Shown here: positions 8,042 to 17,663 of the stretch, one piece after another
How the letters are laid out: each line of letters starts with the position of its first letter
Position numbering within the stretch: position 1 is the first letter of the stretch
Assembly (NCBI GenBank): GCA_049590495.1
Contig: JBAWCX010000316.1
Span: 1 to 39,665, forward strand
From: Candidatus Binatus sp.
GTDB taxonomy: Bacteria > Desulfobacterota > Binatia > Binatales > Binataceae
Direction: 5' to 3'
DNA: 39,665 bases
Program-made: the position numbers and the translations under genes
The notes under the pieces: generated by a model
Seen by the model: only the letters and a program-made list of their open reading frames with translations
Database searches by the model: none
Told to the model about the DNA's origin: nothing

Positions 8042-9256
8042 TCAGTGCTGCACCAAGGCACTGGCGAGCAATCGAATCGCGAACGGCAAATCTTTGATGA
8101 TGTAGCGTCCGAAAAGACGCCGAGGTTCAAGTCCGAGCCGCCATAGCCACTCCAGGCCGGCACTCTGCAACCATCGGGGTGCACGTCTCGTTCTTCCGGA
8201 AACGATAGCCAAGCTTCCGCCCAATCCCAGAAACCAGGCGGATGGCAAACGGTGGCGCAGCGCTGAAATCACAAGTGGGTCTTTGGGGAATCCGAAGCAC
8301 GCATAAACGAGATCGGGCTTGGCCGAATGCAACGCATTGCCGATTTCTGTCATCTGGAGCGGGTCGTTCTCGAAGCCGAGCGCCGGGCATACGATGCCCG
8401 CTATTTTCAAGCTCGGATTCAAGCGTTTGAGTACGGCAGCCGCGGCTTCTCCGTCGCCGGGGCTTCCTCCCAGGAGAAAGATCGACGCTCCAGCTTTCGC
8501 GGCGGCGGCGGTCAGACTCACTGTCAGTCCCGCGCCAGTCACCCTCCCTGGCAACGGAGTTCCCTGTATCCGACTGGCCCAAATCAGAGGCATTCCGTCC
8601 CCCACTCTCAAACTCGCTTCATTGACGGTCGCCAACAGATCAGGACGTTGGCTGATGATTCGAAGGTGGTCAACGTTCGGCGTGACGATCCAGCCTCCGC
8701 GTCCTTCTCGAATACTCGAGATTACGCTGGCGATCACTTGCTTTTCGGTGACGCAATCAATTAGAACTCCCATCAACCGGACTTTCACCTGCGGCCGCGC
8801 GAACTCCGTCAGCGATGTCGTCAGCCGCGGAACGAGACCTAGAGGTCTGGGCGCCCGCCTCGCACGAGTGGCGCTTGGCCGTGCGTTCCCCGGTTCGACG
8901 CGAGGATTCCTTAGGGGAGCATTGCCGGACGCTGCTTGCCGATCGCGCTCGAGACGCATGGGAAAATCGGATCTGGCGGCGTCCAGAGCCTCGGTGAACG
9001 CGGCAGAAATTTCTGCTGAAGATGGACGCGGCATCAAAGCGACATCGGCCGGCGTCAAATAGCTTTTCTCGCCATCTCGAAGGAAGTTGATAATTGGGCG
9101 AGTCGGAGATCGATCGGCTGGCTGACTATCGTTGATCGCCGTGTTTGCGGACCTGTCCTCGACTTCCGCGTAGCCGCCGGGAAAAGTGGGGGTTACCATG
9201 GCTGTACGGCGAAACCGTGCTGCCGCCGATTTCGAGCCAAGCGTGGCTGAGCGCAA
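8042..9256 (-). CDS. WecG/TagA/CpsF-family (GT26) glycosyltransferase with uncertain N-terminal extension
   Basis: The C-terminal ~244 aa (from MGVLIDCVT, ATG 8773) carry GGWIVTPNVDHL, DGMPLIWASR, FLLGG and LEWLWRLGLEPRRLFGRY, typical of the family. The upstream 161 codons are Arg/Pro/Ala-rich, so the true start could be 8773, 8959, 9034, 9199 or 9256. Confidence 0.8.
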   Translation of the reverse strand: MRSATLGSKSAAARFRRTAMVTPTFPGGYAEVEDRSANTAINDSQPADRSPTRPIINFLRDGEKSYLTPADVALMPRPSSAEISAAFTEALDAARSDFPMRLERDRQAASGNAPLRNPRVEPGNARPSATRARRAPRPLGLVPRLTTSLTEFARPQVKVRLMGVLIDCVTEKQVIASVISSIREGRGGWIVTPNVDHLRIISQRPDLLATVNEASLRVGDGMPLIWASRIQGTPLPGRVTGAGLTVSLTAAAAKAGASIFLLGGSPGDGEAAAAVLKRLNPSLKIAGIVCPALGFENDPLQMTEIGNALHSAKPDLVYACFGFPKDPLVISALRHRLPSAWFLGLGGSLAIVSGRTRRAPRWLQSAGLEWLWRLGLEPRRLFGRYIIKDLPFAIRLLASALVQH

Positions 9257-9415
9257 CTTCGCACGATGCTGTGACTCCTCAAATTAATGCGTCGCACTCG
9301 ATCCAGTCGGAGGCTACCGTATGTCCGGAGGGGAAATTTGGATGCGAAAACGAACGCGATAGCCGGGGCGAGCGGATAAACCTAACGCGGGCGAGCAGCC
9401 CAGAGGTTTTTCCTG

Positions 9416-10588
9416 TTAGCGATCAGTCCGGACCCAAGGCGCCATACCCCGGGCTGAATTCAGAGTCCTGGGCAAAGCGGCGAGCTTCCAGGCAACGTAG
9501 AATGGCGAGCAAAGCAAAACGGCGAAGTCCCGCCAATCACCGCCTCCCACGAGGATTCCAGCAACAACATGGACGGCGACGAGCGCCAACGCGACGAGTG
9601 CATACATGCGCGCAAGACTGAATGGCATCAATGCGACCAGCCCGAGAAGCGTCAGTTGAAACGCGAGTGGCAGCAGGAGCAGCTCGAGAGAAGGTTCGAG
9701 CAGCTGTAACTTTCCTGTAATAACTTCCGCGAGCAATTCCGGCAGATTCTGGACAGCCGTCCGTAGCCGCCCACCCTCCCATCGCGCTCGTTGAGTAGAG
9801 GCGCCTCGCGCGCTAGCCGTCATCTCTGCGCGCACCCAGGTACCGTCGGCGAAAACAATTTTTCTCCCGGCCCGGACCAGTTTGAGGTGATATTCTAAAT
9901 CTTCGACCAGTGAGTGCGCGTCGTATGGAACAGCTCCCAGGGCTGCTCTGCTCAGTCCGAAGCCATTACCAAAAATCCCTACAGACAAACCCAGGCGTTC
10001 GCGTCCTCGCGCTCGCAGTACGTTAAAAGCCATGAGGGCAACATTCATCAAGCGCGTCCGAAAGGAATTTTCGGGATTGAGGACGAGGTATCGCACCTGC
10101 ACTCCGTCGGCGCCCATTCTAAGCAGCCGGACTACCTCCGAAAGGAGACCGGAGTCGACGACGCTATCAGCATCGACAACAATGACCGCATCAAACCCGT
10201 CATCGAGCAGAGTCTGAAAGGCAAACTCTAGCGCAAATCCCTTTCCGCGCCGCGCGGAATCTGAGCGTACGATAACCCGAGCGTTGGCAGCGCGAGCAAG
10301 ATTGGCGGTCGCGTCGGAGCAATTATCGGCGACTACAACGATCTCTGTCCGGATCGAGTCGGGCAGTATGCACGACGCTACGCTGCGAATGCATCGGACA
10401 ATCGAGGCCGCTTCATCGTGAGCAGGAATTACGATTGCAAGTTCCGCAATGGTCGTGCCGATGCCTTTAGGCATGCGATCACGCATAGGCAGCATTCCCG
10501 CGAACGTGACCGTTGCGAGCTCGATGGTTCCCGGCAGAGTCAACAGGATCAGGACCGAGCTAGCGATCATGAGTTGCCAATGGATCAT
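9416..10588 (-). CDS. membrane-embedded family-2 glycosyltransferase (synthase-like, QxxRW)
   Basis: 390 aa. It has an N-terminal TM helix, VIPAHDEAASI, VVADNCSDAT, a DxD motif (VVDADS), QRARW, and several C-terminal TM helices. Confidence 0.85.
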   Translation of the reverse strand: MIHWQLMIASSVLILLTLPGTIELATVTFAGMLPMRDRMPKGIGTTIAELAIVIPAHDEAASIVRCIRSVASCILPDSIRTEIVVVADNCSDATANLARAANARVIVRSDSARRGKGFALEFAFQTLLDDGFDAVIVVDADSVVDSGLLSEVVRLLRMGADGVQVRYLVLNPENSFRTRLMNVALMAFNVLRARGRERLGLSVGIFGNGFGLSRAALGAVPYDAHSLVEDLEYHLKLVRAGRKIVFADGTWVRAEMTASARGASTQRARWEGGRLRTAVQNLPELLAEVITGKLQLLEPSLELLLLPLAFQLTLLGLVALMPFSLARMYALVALALVAVHVVAGILVGGGDWRDFAVLLCSPFYVAWKLAALPRTLNSARGMAPWVRTDR

Positions 10589-10653
10589 AAAAGACTAGCC
10601 GGTAAGTTGGAGCGGTACCGACCTAACCCTGAGAAGTACATAACTGATCGCAG

Positions 10654-11958
10654 TTATGCCGACAGTGAGGAATCGATACGTAGATGTCCTCGATGTGGTC
10701 CAAGGCGACTTGCGAATATCTGTGCGAGCTGCGCGACGTTGCGATCGAGATTGTATTTTTCCATCACTCTCCTGCGGCCTGCAGCGCCGAGACGATGACG
10801 GAGAGCGGGGTCATCGATCAATCGCTTGATCGCGCTTGCCAGCTCACGATCATCCGAGGGCGGAACGAGAATGCCGTCGATATTGCTGCGAATCAGTTCC
10901 GGTATTCCTGCGACAAAAGTGCTCACGCAGGGTATTTCCATGGCCATAGCTTCCATCAAGACGACCGGGACTCCTTCGGCGAAGCTTGCTAAAGCGAAGA
11001 TATCTGCTTGGCGATAGAAGTCGCGAATGCGGTCCTGGTTGATACTGCCTTCGAGGATGACGTACCGACCGAGGTCAGCCGTTGCGATCGCGCGCTCAAG
11101 GCCTTCTCTATCGGGCCCGTCGCCAACCAGCCGAAGCCGTAAATTTGGCGACGACTTCACCAGCCGCTTGATGGCGGCAATGAGGACATATTGTCCCTTG
11201 GCGGGAACCAGTCTACCGACGCAGAGAATCTCAAACGTATCGGGCGATGACCGAAATGGGCGCGGTGCGAACAACTGGGGGTCCACTCCCAACGGGCCAA
11301 CTTCGAGCTTGTCCCACTCCCAAGGCGGCGACAGTCTCATCAACTGGCTGCGCACAAATTGCCCTATGCAGCATGCAAATGAAGCCCCTGCAATCTTTTC
11401 TGCAAGACGAAGACCCGCTACGTCGTAGAATTCGTCGGGGCCGTGAACGGTCAGGGAAAATTCGATCGGAAAAGTGTGGCTGGCTATCAATGCGACCGTA
11501 GAGGCAGCATTCGCGAAATGAACATGGAGATGACGCAATCCTTGCGACTCCATCCAGCGCCCGAGAATGACTGCTTCAATGAAATAGAAAACCGAAAAAA
11601 TCATCCGACGCAGGTCCGTACCCGCCAGCCTAAGCGCGAACCAGAGTCCGGCGAAATAAGACCTGGGGGACTTCAGTAAGATACCCAAATGCGCCCGCGC
11701 AGAGCCTCGAAGTCCTTGTCGCTTGACGTAAAAGGTCGCCGCGGTTTCCTCCCTTTCTTCAGACGTCATCCCTTTCGCGGAGCAATCAGGTGAGTTGATC
11801 GAGGCCGCGAGGATTTCGAAATTCGCTCTCCGCAGCCTATTTACTTCTCGCAAAATAAAAGTATGAGAGACTCCTGGGTAGGTACTCACCAGATATGCAA
11901 TTCGAACAGGATCACCCTCGGAGCGAGAGGTGCAATTTATCCGGCCATTCTGCTGCAC
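10654..11958 (-). CDS. GT4 (GT-B fold) glycosyltransferase, WcaL-like
   Basis: 434 aa. It begins RIAYLVSTYPGVSHTFI and has the C-terminal EX7E region EGVPVVLMEAMAMEIPCVST. It directly abuts the rmlD stop. Confidence 0.88.
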   Translation of the reverse strand: MQQNGRINCTSRSEGDPVRIAYLVSTYPGVSHTFILREVNRLRRANFEILAASINSPDCSAKGMTSEEREETAATFYVKRQGLRGSARAHLGILLKSPRSYFAGLWFALRLAGTDLRRMIFSVFYFIEAVILGRWMESQGLRHLHVHFANAASTVALIASHTFPIEFSLTVHGPDEFYDVAGLRLAEKIAGASFACCIGQFVRSQLMRLSPPWEWDKLEVGPLGVDPQLFAPRPFRSSPDTFEILCVGRLVPAKGQYVLIAAIKRLVKSSPNLRLRLVGDGPDREGLERAIATADLGRYVILEGSINQDRIRDFYRQADIFALASFAEGVPVVLMEAMAMEIPCVSTFVAGIPELIRSNIDGILVPPSDDRELASAIKRLIDDPALRHRLGAAGRRRVMEKYNLDRNVAQLAQIFASRLGPHRGHLRIDSSLSA

Positions 11959-12825
11959 TTATTTCCTGCTCAGTCCTTGGGACGCGGCTCGGTCACGCTG
12001 TTTTGCAATACCACGCGCAAATTCCGCGATGCCTTGTTGCCACGGAGGCAAGGTGATCCGCGGTTCCTTGATAGTAGTGAGAACGCTGTACAAAGGACGA
12101 CGAGCGCTCGCTCGAAATGCACGATGAGATACAGGTCGGAGCGGCGTGGAAATATGGAGAAGACGAAAAAGTTCGGATACGAGTTCCCAGCGCGAGGCTT
12201 CGCCGGTTCCTGCCAGATGGTAGGTCCCGAACGCGCCGGTTTCGATGAGGCCCGCAATTGCATTGGCCAGATGTGGCGCGTAAGTCGGCGAGCCGATTTG
12301 ATCTTCCGCCACACGCATTTCAAACCTACCGGCATTTGAGCACATCGAGAGCAGGAATCCCTTTCCGCCCTCCCAGTAAAGCCATGCGGTGCGGACTATG
12401 TAGTGCCGTGGGTTCAGTGCCCGCACTGTTGTTTCGCCGGCGAGCTTGCTCGCGCCATACACGGACAAGGGATTGGGCTGATCATGCTCGTGATAGGGTC
12501 GATTCGTCGAGCCGTCAAATACGTAATCCGTCGAAACGTGAACCAGCGGAATTCCAAGGTCGGCGGTCTCTGCGGCGAGGTCTCGAGGGCCCAAAGCATT
12601 CGCGGCGTAAGCATTGACGATTTGCGACTCCGCACCATCGACGTTGTTGAAAGCGGCGGCGTTTATGACGAGATCCGGCCGCTCGCGCATCAGTACTCTC
12701 TGCATCTGGCATAGACGGGTTATATCGAACTCAGTCCGGTTCAGAGAAACGACCAGGTGACCATTAAGCGAGTTCCTTAGACAGGAACCGAGTTGTCCAG
12801 CCGCGCCAGCAATGAGAATCTTCAA
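11959..12825 (-). CDS. rmlD: dTDP-4-dehydrorhamnose reductase
   Basis: Motifs are (M)KILIAGAAGQLG and STDYVFDG; length is 288 aa. The start is TTG (plus-strand CAA 12823-12825) and overlaps the rmlC stop. Confidence 0.92.
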   Translation of the reverse strand: MKILIAGAAGQLGSCLRNSLNGHLVVSLNRTEFDITRLCQMQRVLMRERPDLVINAAAFNNVDGAESQIVNAYAANALGPRDLAAETADLGIPLVHVSTDYVFDGSTNRPYHEHDQPNPLSVYGASKLAGETTVRALNPRHYIVRTAWLYWEGGKGFLLSMCSNAGRFEMRVAEDQIGSPTYAPHLANAIAGLIETGAFGTYHLAGTGEASRWELVSELFRLLHISTPLRPVSHRAFRASARRPLYSVLTTIKEPRITLPPWQQGIAEFARGIAKQRDRAASQGLSRK

Positions 12826-13385
12826 GGCCGTTCCTCCGAATATAGCGGCAAGAGCGCTATCTGATCGGCGACGGTTCCGGCTTGGTGGTCTTTTATCGAA
12901 AGAACGGGATTTTCAACCGGCCATCGGATTCCAATGGAAGGGTCATTCCAGGCGATGCGAAGCTCGTCTGTTGGATCGTAATAGTCAGTGCACTTGTATT
13001 CTATGTCGGCAAATTCGCTTGTGACGCAGATGCCATGTGCGAATCCGGGCGGTACATAGATCTGCCGGAAATTGTCGGCCGATAGCTCGACCGCGATCCA
13101 TTTCAGGTAGCTCGGCGAGCCGAACCTGATATCCACGACCACGTCGAAAATCGAGCCGGTCACGGCCCGCACCAGTTTTCCTTGCGGATGTTGCCGCTGC
13201 GCGTGCAGGCCCCGAACGGTATTGCGTGCCGAACGTGACTGGTTGTCCTGGCGGAACTCGCGGTCAATTCCTCCGCGCGTGTACTTGTCTCTGCTAAAGG
13301 TCTCGAGGAAGAATCCACGACCATCGCGGAACAAGTCAGGTTCAACTACTATCACGCCGCTCAAATTGGTCGGAATGAAATTCAT
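12822..13385 (-). CDS. rmlC: dTDP-4-dehydrorhamnose 3,5-epimerase
   Basis: 187-aa cupin. Motifs are DGRGFFLETF, RGLHAQ and YVPPGFAHG. Confidence 0.92.
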   Translation of the reverse strand: MNFIPTNLSGVIVVEPDLFRDGRGFFLETFSRDKYTRGGIDREFRQDNQSRSARNTVRGLHAQRQHPQGKLVRAVTGSIFDVVVDIRFGSPSYLKWIAVELSADNFRQIYVPPGFAHGICVTSEFADIEYKCTDYYDPTDELRIAWNDPSIGIRWPVENPVLSIKDHQAGTVADQIALLPLYSEERP

Positions 13386-13391
13386 GACTGG

Positions 13392-14321
13392 CTAGGAGTC
13401 CTGTTCGAGGAGACGAAGGAGGTACTGCCCATACTTGCTGTTAGTCATTGATTCCGCGATTCGCATCACATCGCGTTTCCCGATGTATCCCATGCTCCAG
13501 GCGATCTCCTCGAGGCAAGCTACTTGTAACCCTTGGCGCTCCTCAATAGCTTGAATGAAACTCGCGGCCTGCATGAGCGCGTCATGGGTGCCCGCGTCGA
13601 GCCACGCTATACCGCGACCCAGCTTCTCCACATGAAGCTCGCCAGAGCTTAGATACAGCCGGTTCAAATCGGTGATCTCCAATTCGCCGCGCTCCGAGGG
13701 AGCCAGGTCCGCGGCGAGATTGAAGACGCGATGGTCGTAGAAGTACAGTCCGGTTATCGCGTACGACGATCGCGGCCGAGCCGGCTTTTCTTCGAGACTG
13801 ATCGGTCTACCGGTGGCGTCGAACTCTACGACGCCATAGCGTTCGGGGTCTTTGACCCAATACCCGAATACCGTAGCTCCTTCGCGGCGAGCGGTTGCTC
13901 TATGCAGTAGATCGGGCAGCCTATGGCCGTAGAAAATGTTGTCACCGAGTGCGAGCGCGACATTTGCGTCCCCCGCAAATTGTCTCGCTATAAGAAAAGC
14001 CTGGGCTATACCCTCGGGTCGAGGCTGCAGAGCGTATTCGAATCGGACGCCCCACTCCGAACCGTTACCGAGAAGGCGCTTGAAGCATTCTTGTTCGTGC
14101 GGAGTGTTTATGATCAGGATATCGCGTATTCCCGCCATCATAAGCGTGGCCAAGGGATAGTAGATCATGGGCTTGTCGTACACCGGTGCGAGTTGCTTCG
14201 AAATCGCGCGGGTCACTGGGTAGAGCCGAGTTCCGAAGCCACCAGCCAATATAATTCCCTTCCAGAGAGGATGTGCGTGGTTGTTACGCAACTGGGATTC
14301 GGTTTCCAAGTTCATAGTCAC
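13392..14321 (-). CDS. rmlA: glucose-1-phosphate thymidylyltransferase
   Basis: Motifs are [25 protein letters not shown] and the EKP motif. It has a short N-terminal extension, and the start is either GTG 14321 or ATG 14315. Confidence 0.93.
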   Translation of the reverse strand: MTMNLETESQLRNNHAHPLWKGIILAGGFGTRLYPVTRAISKQLAPVYDKPMIYYPLATLMMAGIRDILIINTPHEQECFKRLLGNGSEWGVRFEYALQPRPEGIAQAFLIARQFAGDANVALALGDNIFYGHRLPDLLHRATARREGATVFGYWVKDPERYGVVEFDATGRPISLEEKPARPRSSYAITGLYFYDHRVFNLAADLAPSERGELEITDLNRLYLSSGELHVEKLGRGIAWLDAGTHDALMQAASFIQAIEERQGLQVACLEEIAWSMGYIGKRDVMRIAESMTNSKYGQYLLRLLEQDS

Positions 14322-14348
14322 GTGACTTCGCTCGTGGTATCGATCAAG

Positions 14349-15449
14349 TTATCTCTCCGCGTACCGTGGCACCGAAAGGCCGAGTCGTCGACCATCGTAG
14401 CGTCCTTGGCGGACGGCTTGGCACCAACTGCGATTTAGTAGGTACCACCGTATCGTTACGCGGAGTCCCACTTCGAAACTTACGCGGCTGGTCCATCCAA
14501 GTTCCCGCGCTATCCGCGAACAATCGATTGCGTAGCGCCGATCATGACCTGGTCGGTCAGGAACCAAAGTGATCAAGTCCCGATAGGACTTGCATCCGTT
14601 CGCGGCCAACGCGGCGTTACTGTCGGCGGGCAAAAGTTCGTCCAATGCGGCGCAGACTTCGCTCACGACTTCCAGATTCGTCCGCTCGTTCCTTCCTCCG
14701 ACATTGTACCGCTCACCGACTCGTCCTCGATCGAGGATCGTCAGTATAGCTTCGCAATGGTCTCCTACAAAAAGCCAATCTCGGACATTCAGACCATCGC
14801 CATATAGCGGCAGAGCCTTGCCCGCGGCTGCGTTGGAGATCGTAAGGGGAATCAGTTTCTCGGGATATTGATTAAGTCCATAGTTATTGGAGCAGTGGGA
14901 AATGAGGGTGGGTAGCCCGAAAGTCTCATGATAGGCCCGCACGAAGTGATCAGCCGAGGCTTTCGAGGCCGCGTACGGAGAGTTCGGTGCGTAGTGCGAA
15001 TCTTCGCTGAAGAGACCAGTGGCCCCCAATGATCCATAGACTTCGTCAGTTGAAATCTGCAGAAATCGGAAGCTCCGACGCCGAGATGACTCAAGCCCGG
15101 ACCAGTAGTGACGGGTTGCTTCGAGCAGCTTGAATGTTCCCGTTACGTTGGCCTCAAGGAAGCTATGCGGTCCGTCGATTGAGCGGTCCACATGCGTCTC
15201 CGCAGCCAAGTTGACCACCATGTCGGGTTGCCATCGCTCGAAGGCGGCCGCGACGGTTGGTTGGTCGGCGATGTCAGCCTGGATGAACGAATAGCGCGGA
15301 TCGTCTTCGACATCGCGAAGGTTCAAAAGGCTGCCGGCATAGGTCAGTTTGTCAAGGACGACCAGCCGCCAGTTCCTTTTACTGAGTGCAAGGCGCACGA
15401 AGTTTGACCCGATGAACCCGGCGCCGCCAGTGACGATTACAGTCTGCAT
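14349..15449 (-). CDS. rmlB: dTDP-glucose 4,6-dehydratase
   Basis: Motifs are VIVTGGAGFIGSNF, QISTDEVYG and YAASKAS (YxxxK); length is 366 aa. Confidence 0.95.
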   Translation of the reverse strand: MQTVIVTGGAGFIGSNFVRLALSKRNWRLVVLDKLTYAGSLLNLRDVEDDPRYSFIQADIADQPTVAAAFERWQPDMVVNLAAETHVDRSIDGPHSFLEANVTGTFKLLEATRHYWSGLESSRRRSFRFLQISTDEVYGSLGATGLFSEDSHYAPNSPYAASKASADHFVRAYHETFGLPTLISHCSNNYGLNQYPEKLIPLTISNAAAGKALPLYGDGLNVRDWLFVGDHCEAILTILDRGRVGERYNVGGRNERTNLEVVSEVCAALDELLPADSNAALAANGCKSYRDLITLVPDRPGHDRRYAIDCSRIARELGWTSRVSFEVGLRVTIRWYLLNRSWCQAVRQGRYDGRRLGLSVPRYAER

Positions 15450-15479
15450 TTTACCCCGAGCCGCGAATTTCTCTCAAGC

Positions 15480-16640
15480 CTAGAAGCCGCCGGCGCGAAC
15501 TACTCTAAGAACGGTTCTGAAAATGATTCTGCAGTCGTGCCAAATAGACCAGGTGTCAATGTATCTGCAGTCCAACTCGACTACTTCTTCGAAGTCTGTG
15601 ACTTCATCGTTGCCGAAGAGCTGCCACAATCCGGTTATTCCCGGCTTCATACTGAGACGTCGCTGGTGGTGCGGCTCGTAACAAGCAACTTCAGACCGCG
15701 TTGGAGGCCGCGTGCCGACGATGCTCATTTCGCCTTTGAATACGTTCCAGAACTGTGGGAGCTCGTCTATGTACTTGTTCCGCAAAAGGCGACCGAGGGT
15801 AGTGATCCTCGGATCGTCCCGGATTTTGAACATATGCCCGGTCATCTCATTGTGCTGAAGCAATTCCCCCTGATGTTCTTCGGCCGACACCAGCATCGTG
15901 CGGAACTTGTAAAGCGTGAAGAGGCGGCCATTACGGCCAACGCGTGTCTGACGAAAAATCGTGGAGCCCTGTGTCTCCCGTTTTATTCGGCGCGAAAAGG
16001 CAACGTAGGCGACCGCGCAGAAGACGAGCCCGATAGTAGCACCCAACAGGTCCATCAGCCGTTTGACAGCCAACCTTATCTTCCCAACCGGTACCGGCTC
16101 GTGCGACAAGAGATACTCGCCGGCTCCAAGGTACTGTGTCCTATAGCGGCCCGCCGGAGCGAGCGGCGTCCTCATGAGGGCTCGGAATGTTTTACCCCTA
16201 ATCGAGGAGGAATACAGAATGTCGTCGGGATCCAGCCCGTCGGATGAATCAACCATGAGAACGTCGTCTATGACGTGAGCGTCGAGCACCTCGTCCAAAG
16301 TGGATGGAGTCTCCTCGCCGCTCTCGTTTCGGAAGAGCAGTTCTCCGTTCGCGCCTGTGAAAAGGTATCCGGCTGGGCGACCCAGGACATACCCAATTCT
16401 TTCAGATAGATCTTCGTAGCAACTGGCTCCGACGACTAACGCGTTCTGCCCCAGCGGTTTGCTTCTGCCGCGAAGCCCGAAACTCAGGAGTCGCGAGGCA
16501 GCTGAGCTGGCAGCAAACGACCCCACTGCTAGTGGAAGTATCATGGAGCGATCACCCCACCGCACTCCCGCTACGTAGTGGGCCGCCAGCAAAAAGCCCG
16601 AACTCAATAGAAGTCCGGGTTCGGTCAGGAATGAAATCAC
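15480..16640 (-). CDS. polyprenyl-phosphate sugar-1-phosphate transferase (priming phosphoglycosyltransferase, WbaP/EpsB type)
   Basis: It has N-terminal TM helices, KRLMDLLGATIGLVF, FRQTRVGRNGRLFTLYKFRTM and DELPQFWNVFKGEMSIVGTRPP (bacterial sugar transferase signature). The start is GTG. Confidence 0.92.
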   Translation of the reverse strand: MISFLTEPGLLLSSGFLLAAHYVAGVRWGDRSMILPLAVGSFAASSAASRLLSFGLRGRSKPLGQNALVVGASCYEDLSERIGYVLGRPAGYLFTGANGELLFRNESGEETPSTLDEVLDAHVIDDVLMVDSSDGLDPDDILYSSSIRGKTFRALMRTPLAPAGRYRTQYLGAGEYLLSHEPVPVGKIRLAVKRLMDLLGATIGLVFCAVAYVAFSRRIKRETQGSTIFRQTRVGRNGRLFTLYKFRTMLVSAEEHQGELLQHNEMTGHMFKIRDDPRITTLGRLLRNKYIDELPQFWNVFKGEMSIVGTRPPTRSEVACYEPHHQRRLSMKPGITGLWQLFGNDEVTDFEEVVELDCRYIDTWSIWHDCRIIFRTVLRVVRAGGF

Positions 16641-16897
16641 CTGGTATTAAAACTTCCCGTTCGGTTCTTTGATCGGGGGACATTAACCGAACAAAGCGAG
16701 TGGCGCTTTTCCGCGGTTAACGTCCCGGTGCGTCAGGAAAGTGTGGATTCACACGATACCCCAGAGAACTAGTCACAAAGAGCCGGCTTCCAGCCCGGAA
16801 CAACGCGAGCGGCCTAAGGCAGCGGCCCTATCGTCCATCGCGTACGACGCCAGGCCACCTCTTTTGTGCTGCACTACGATTTACTGGCAAGCATCTA

Positions 16898-17302
16898 CTA
16901 CAGCATGAGAAGGAGTATTCGTATGAGGGCGCCTACGACGAGGATCCCGTTGATTGCGAGCGTCGCCATTGCTCCGGGCCCGCGCTTGGCCGGGGCGGTG
17001 ATATAGCCGGTGGCATAAACGATCCGCGCGATCACGAACAGAGCTCCGAGTGCGGCACCGAGGTGGTAGTTGACGGCGAACGAGAAAATCCAGACACTCG
17101 GGATGAAGACGATCAAACTCTCGAGCGTATTTGCGTGGACGCGGAAGTAGCGCTCGAATTCAAGATTGCCGGTGGTGGCGGGCGCTTCGACGCCATATTT
17201 TGCCCGCGCGCGTCCGACAAGCACGCCGAGTACCGAATATTCGATCAACGCCAGCAGCGTCACTATCTCGAGTAAGTGAGGAATGCCCATATTCGTCATC
17301 AT
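16898..17302 (-). CDS. MAPEG-family membrane protein (microsomal GST-like)
   Basis: 134 aa with about 4 TM helices. It has the FERYFRVHANTLESL (R-x-H-x-N-x-x-E) motif and YATGY, typical of the MAPEG superfamily. Flanked by 257 and 361 nt gaps, so it looks monocistronic. Confidence 0.75.
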   Translation of the reverse strand: MMTNMGIPHLLEIVTLLALIEYSVLGVLVGRARAKYGVEAPATTGNLEFERYFRVHANTLESLIVFIPSVWIFSFAVNYHLGAALGALFVIARIVYATGYITAPAKRGPGAMATLAINGILVVGALIRILLLML

Positions 17303-17663
17303 AACTCCCGATATGGTTGTAGCGGCGCCCGCCGCCCAGAGAACTACTCGCGCGCGTTGAAAAAATGCGAGGGTTCTATGCCTTCTGTTTGGTTTTCATT
17401 TGCGACACCTCAACTGCAACATTTCAGAAAGGACCCTGAAGAACCAAATAGAAAGGTAACCTAGGAACGATGATGATTCGTCTAGAATAACCAGACCGAA
17501 CCTTGAACCAGAATCGTATGGCAAAGAAATCAAGCCATCGCTGGGAAACAGAGCTTTGAGAAGACATTACCCAGCGAACGGCGCCTGCTCGCGACAGTCT
17601 CGCCCACCGGTTCGAGTATCAAGATACCGACAGCGCGCGAGATCGTCGCAACAGAAGTCGCCG

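Noticed and set aside
8319-9062. 247-aa plus-strand ORF (and 8327-8764).
   Set aside because: It lies antisense to the WecG/TagA-family gene. It has a low-complexity Ser/Arg/Ala composition.
15537-16247. 236-aa plus-strand ORF.
   Set aside because: It lies antisense to the priming sugar transferase, whose signature motifs are unambiguous.
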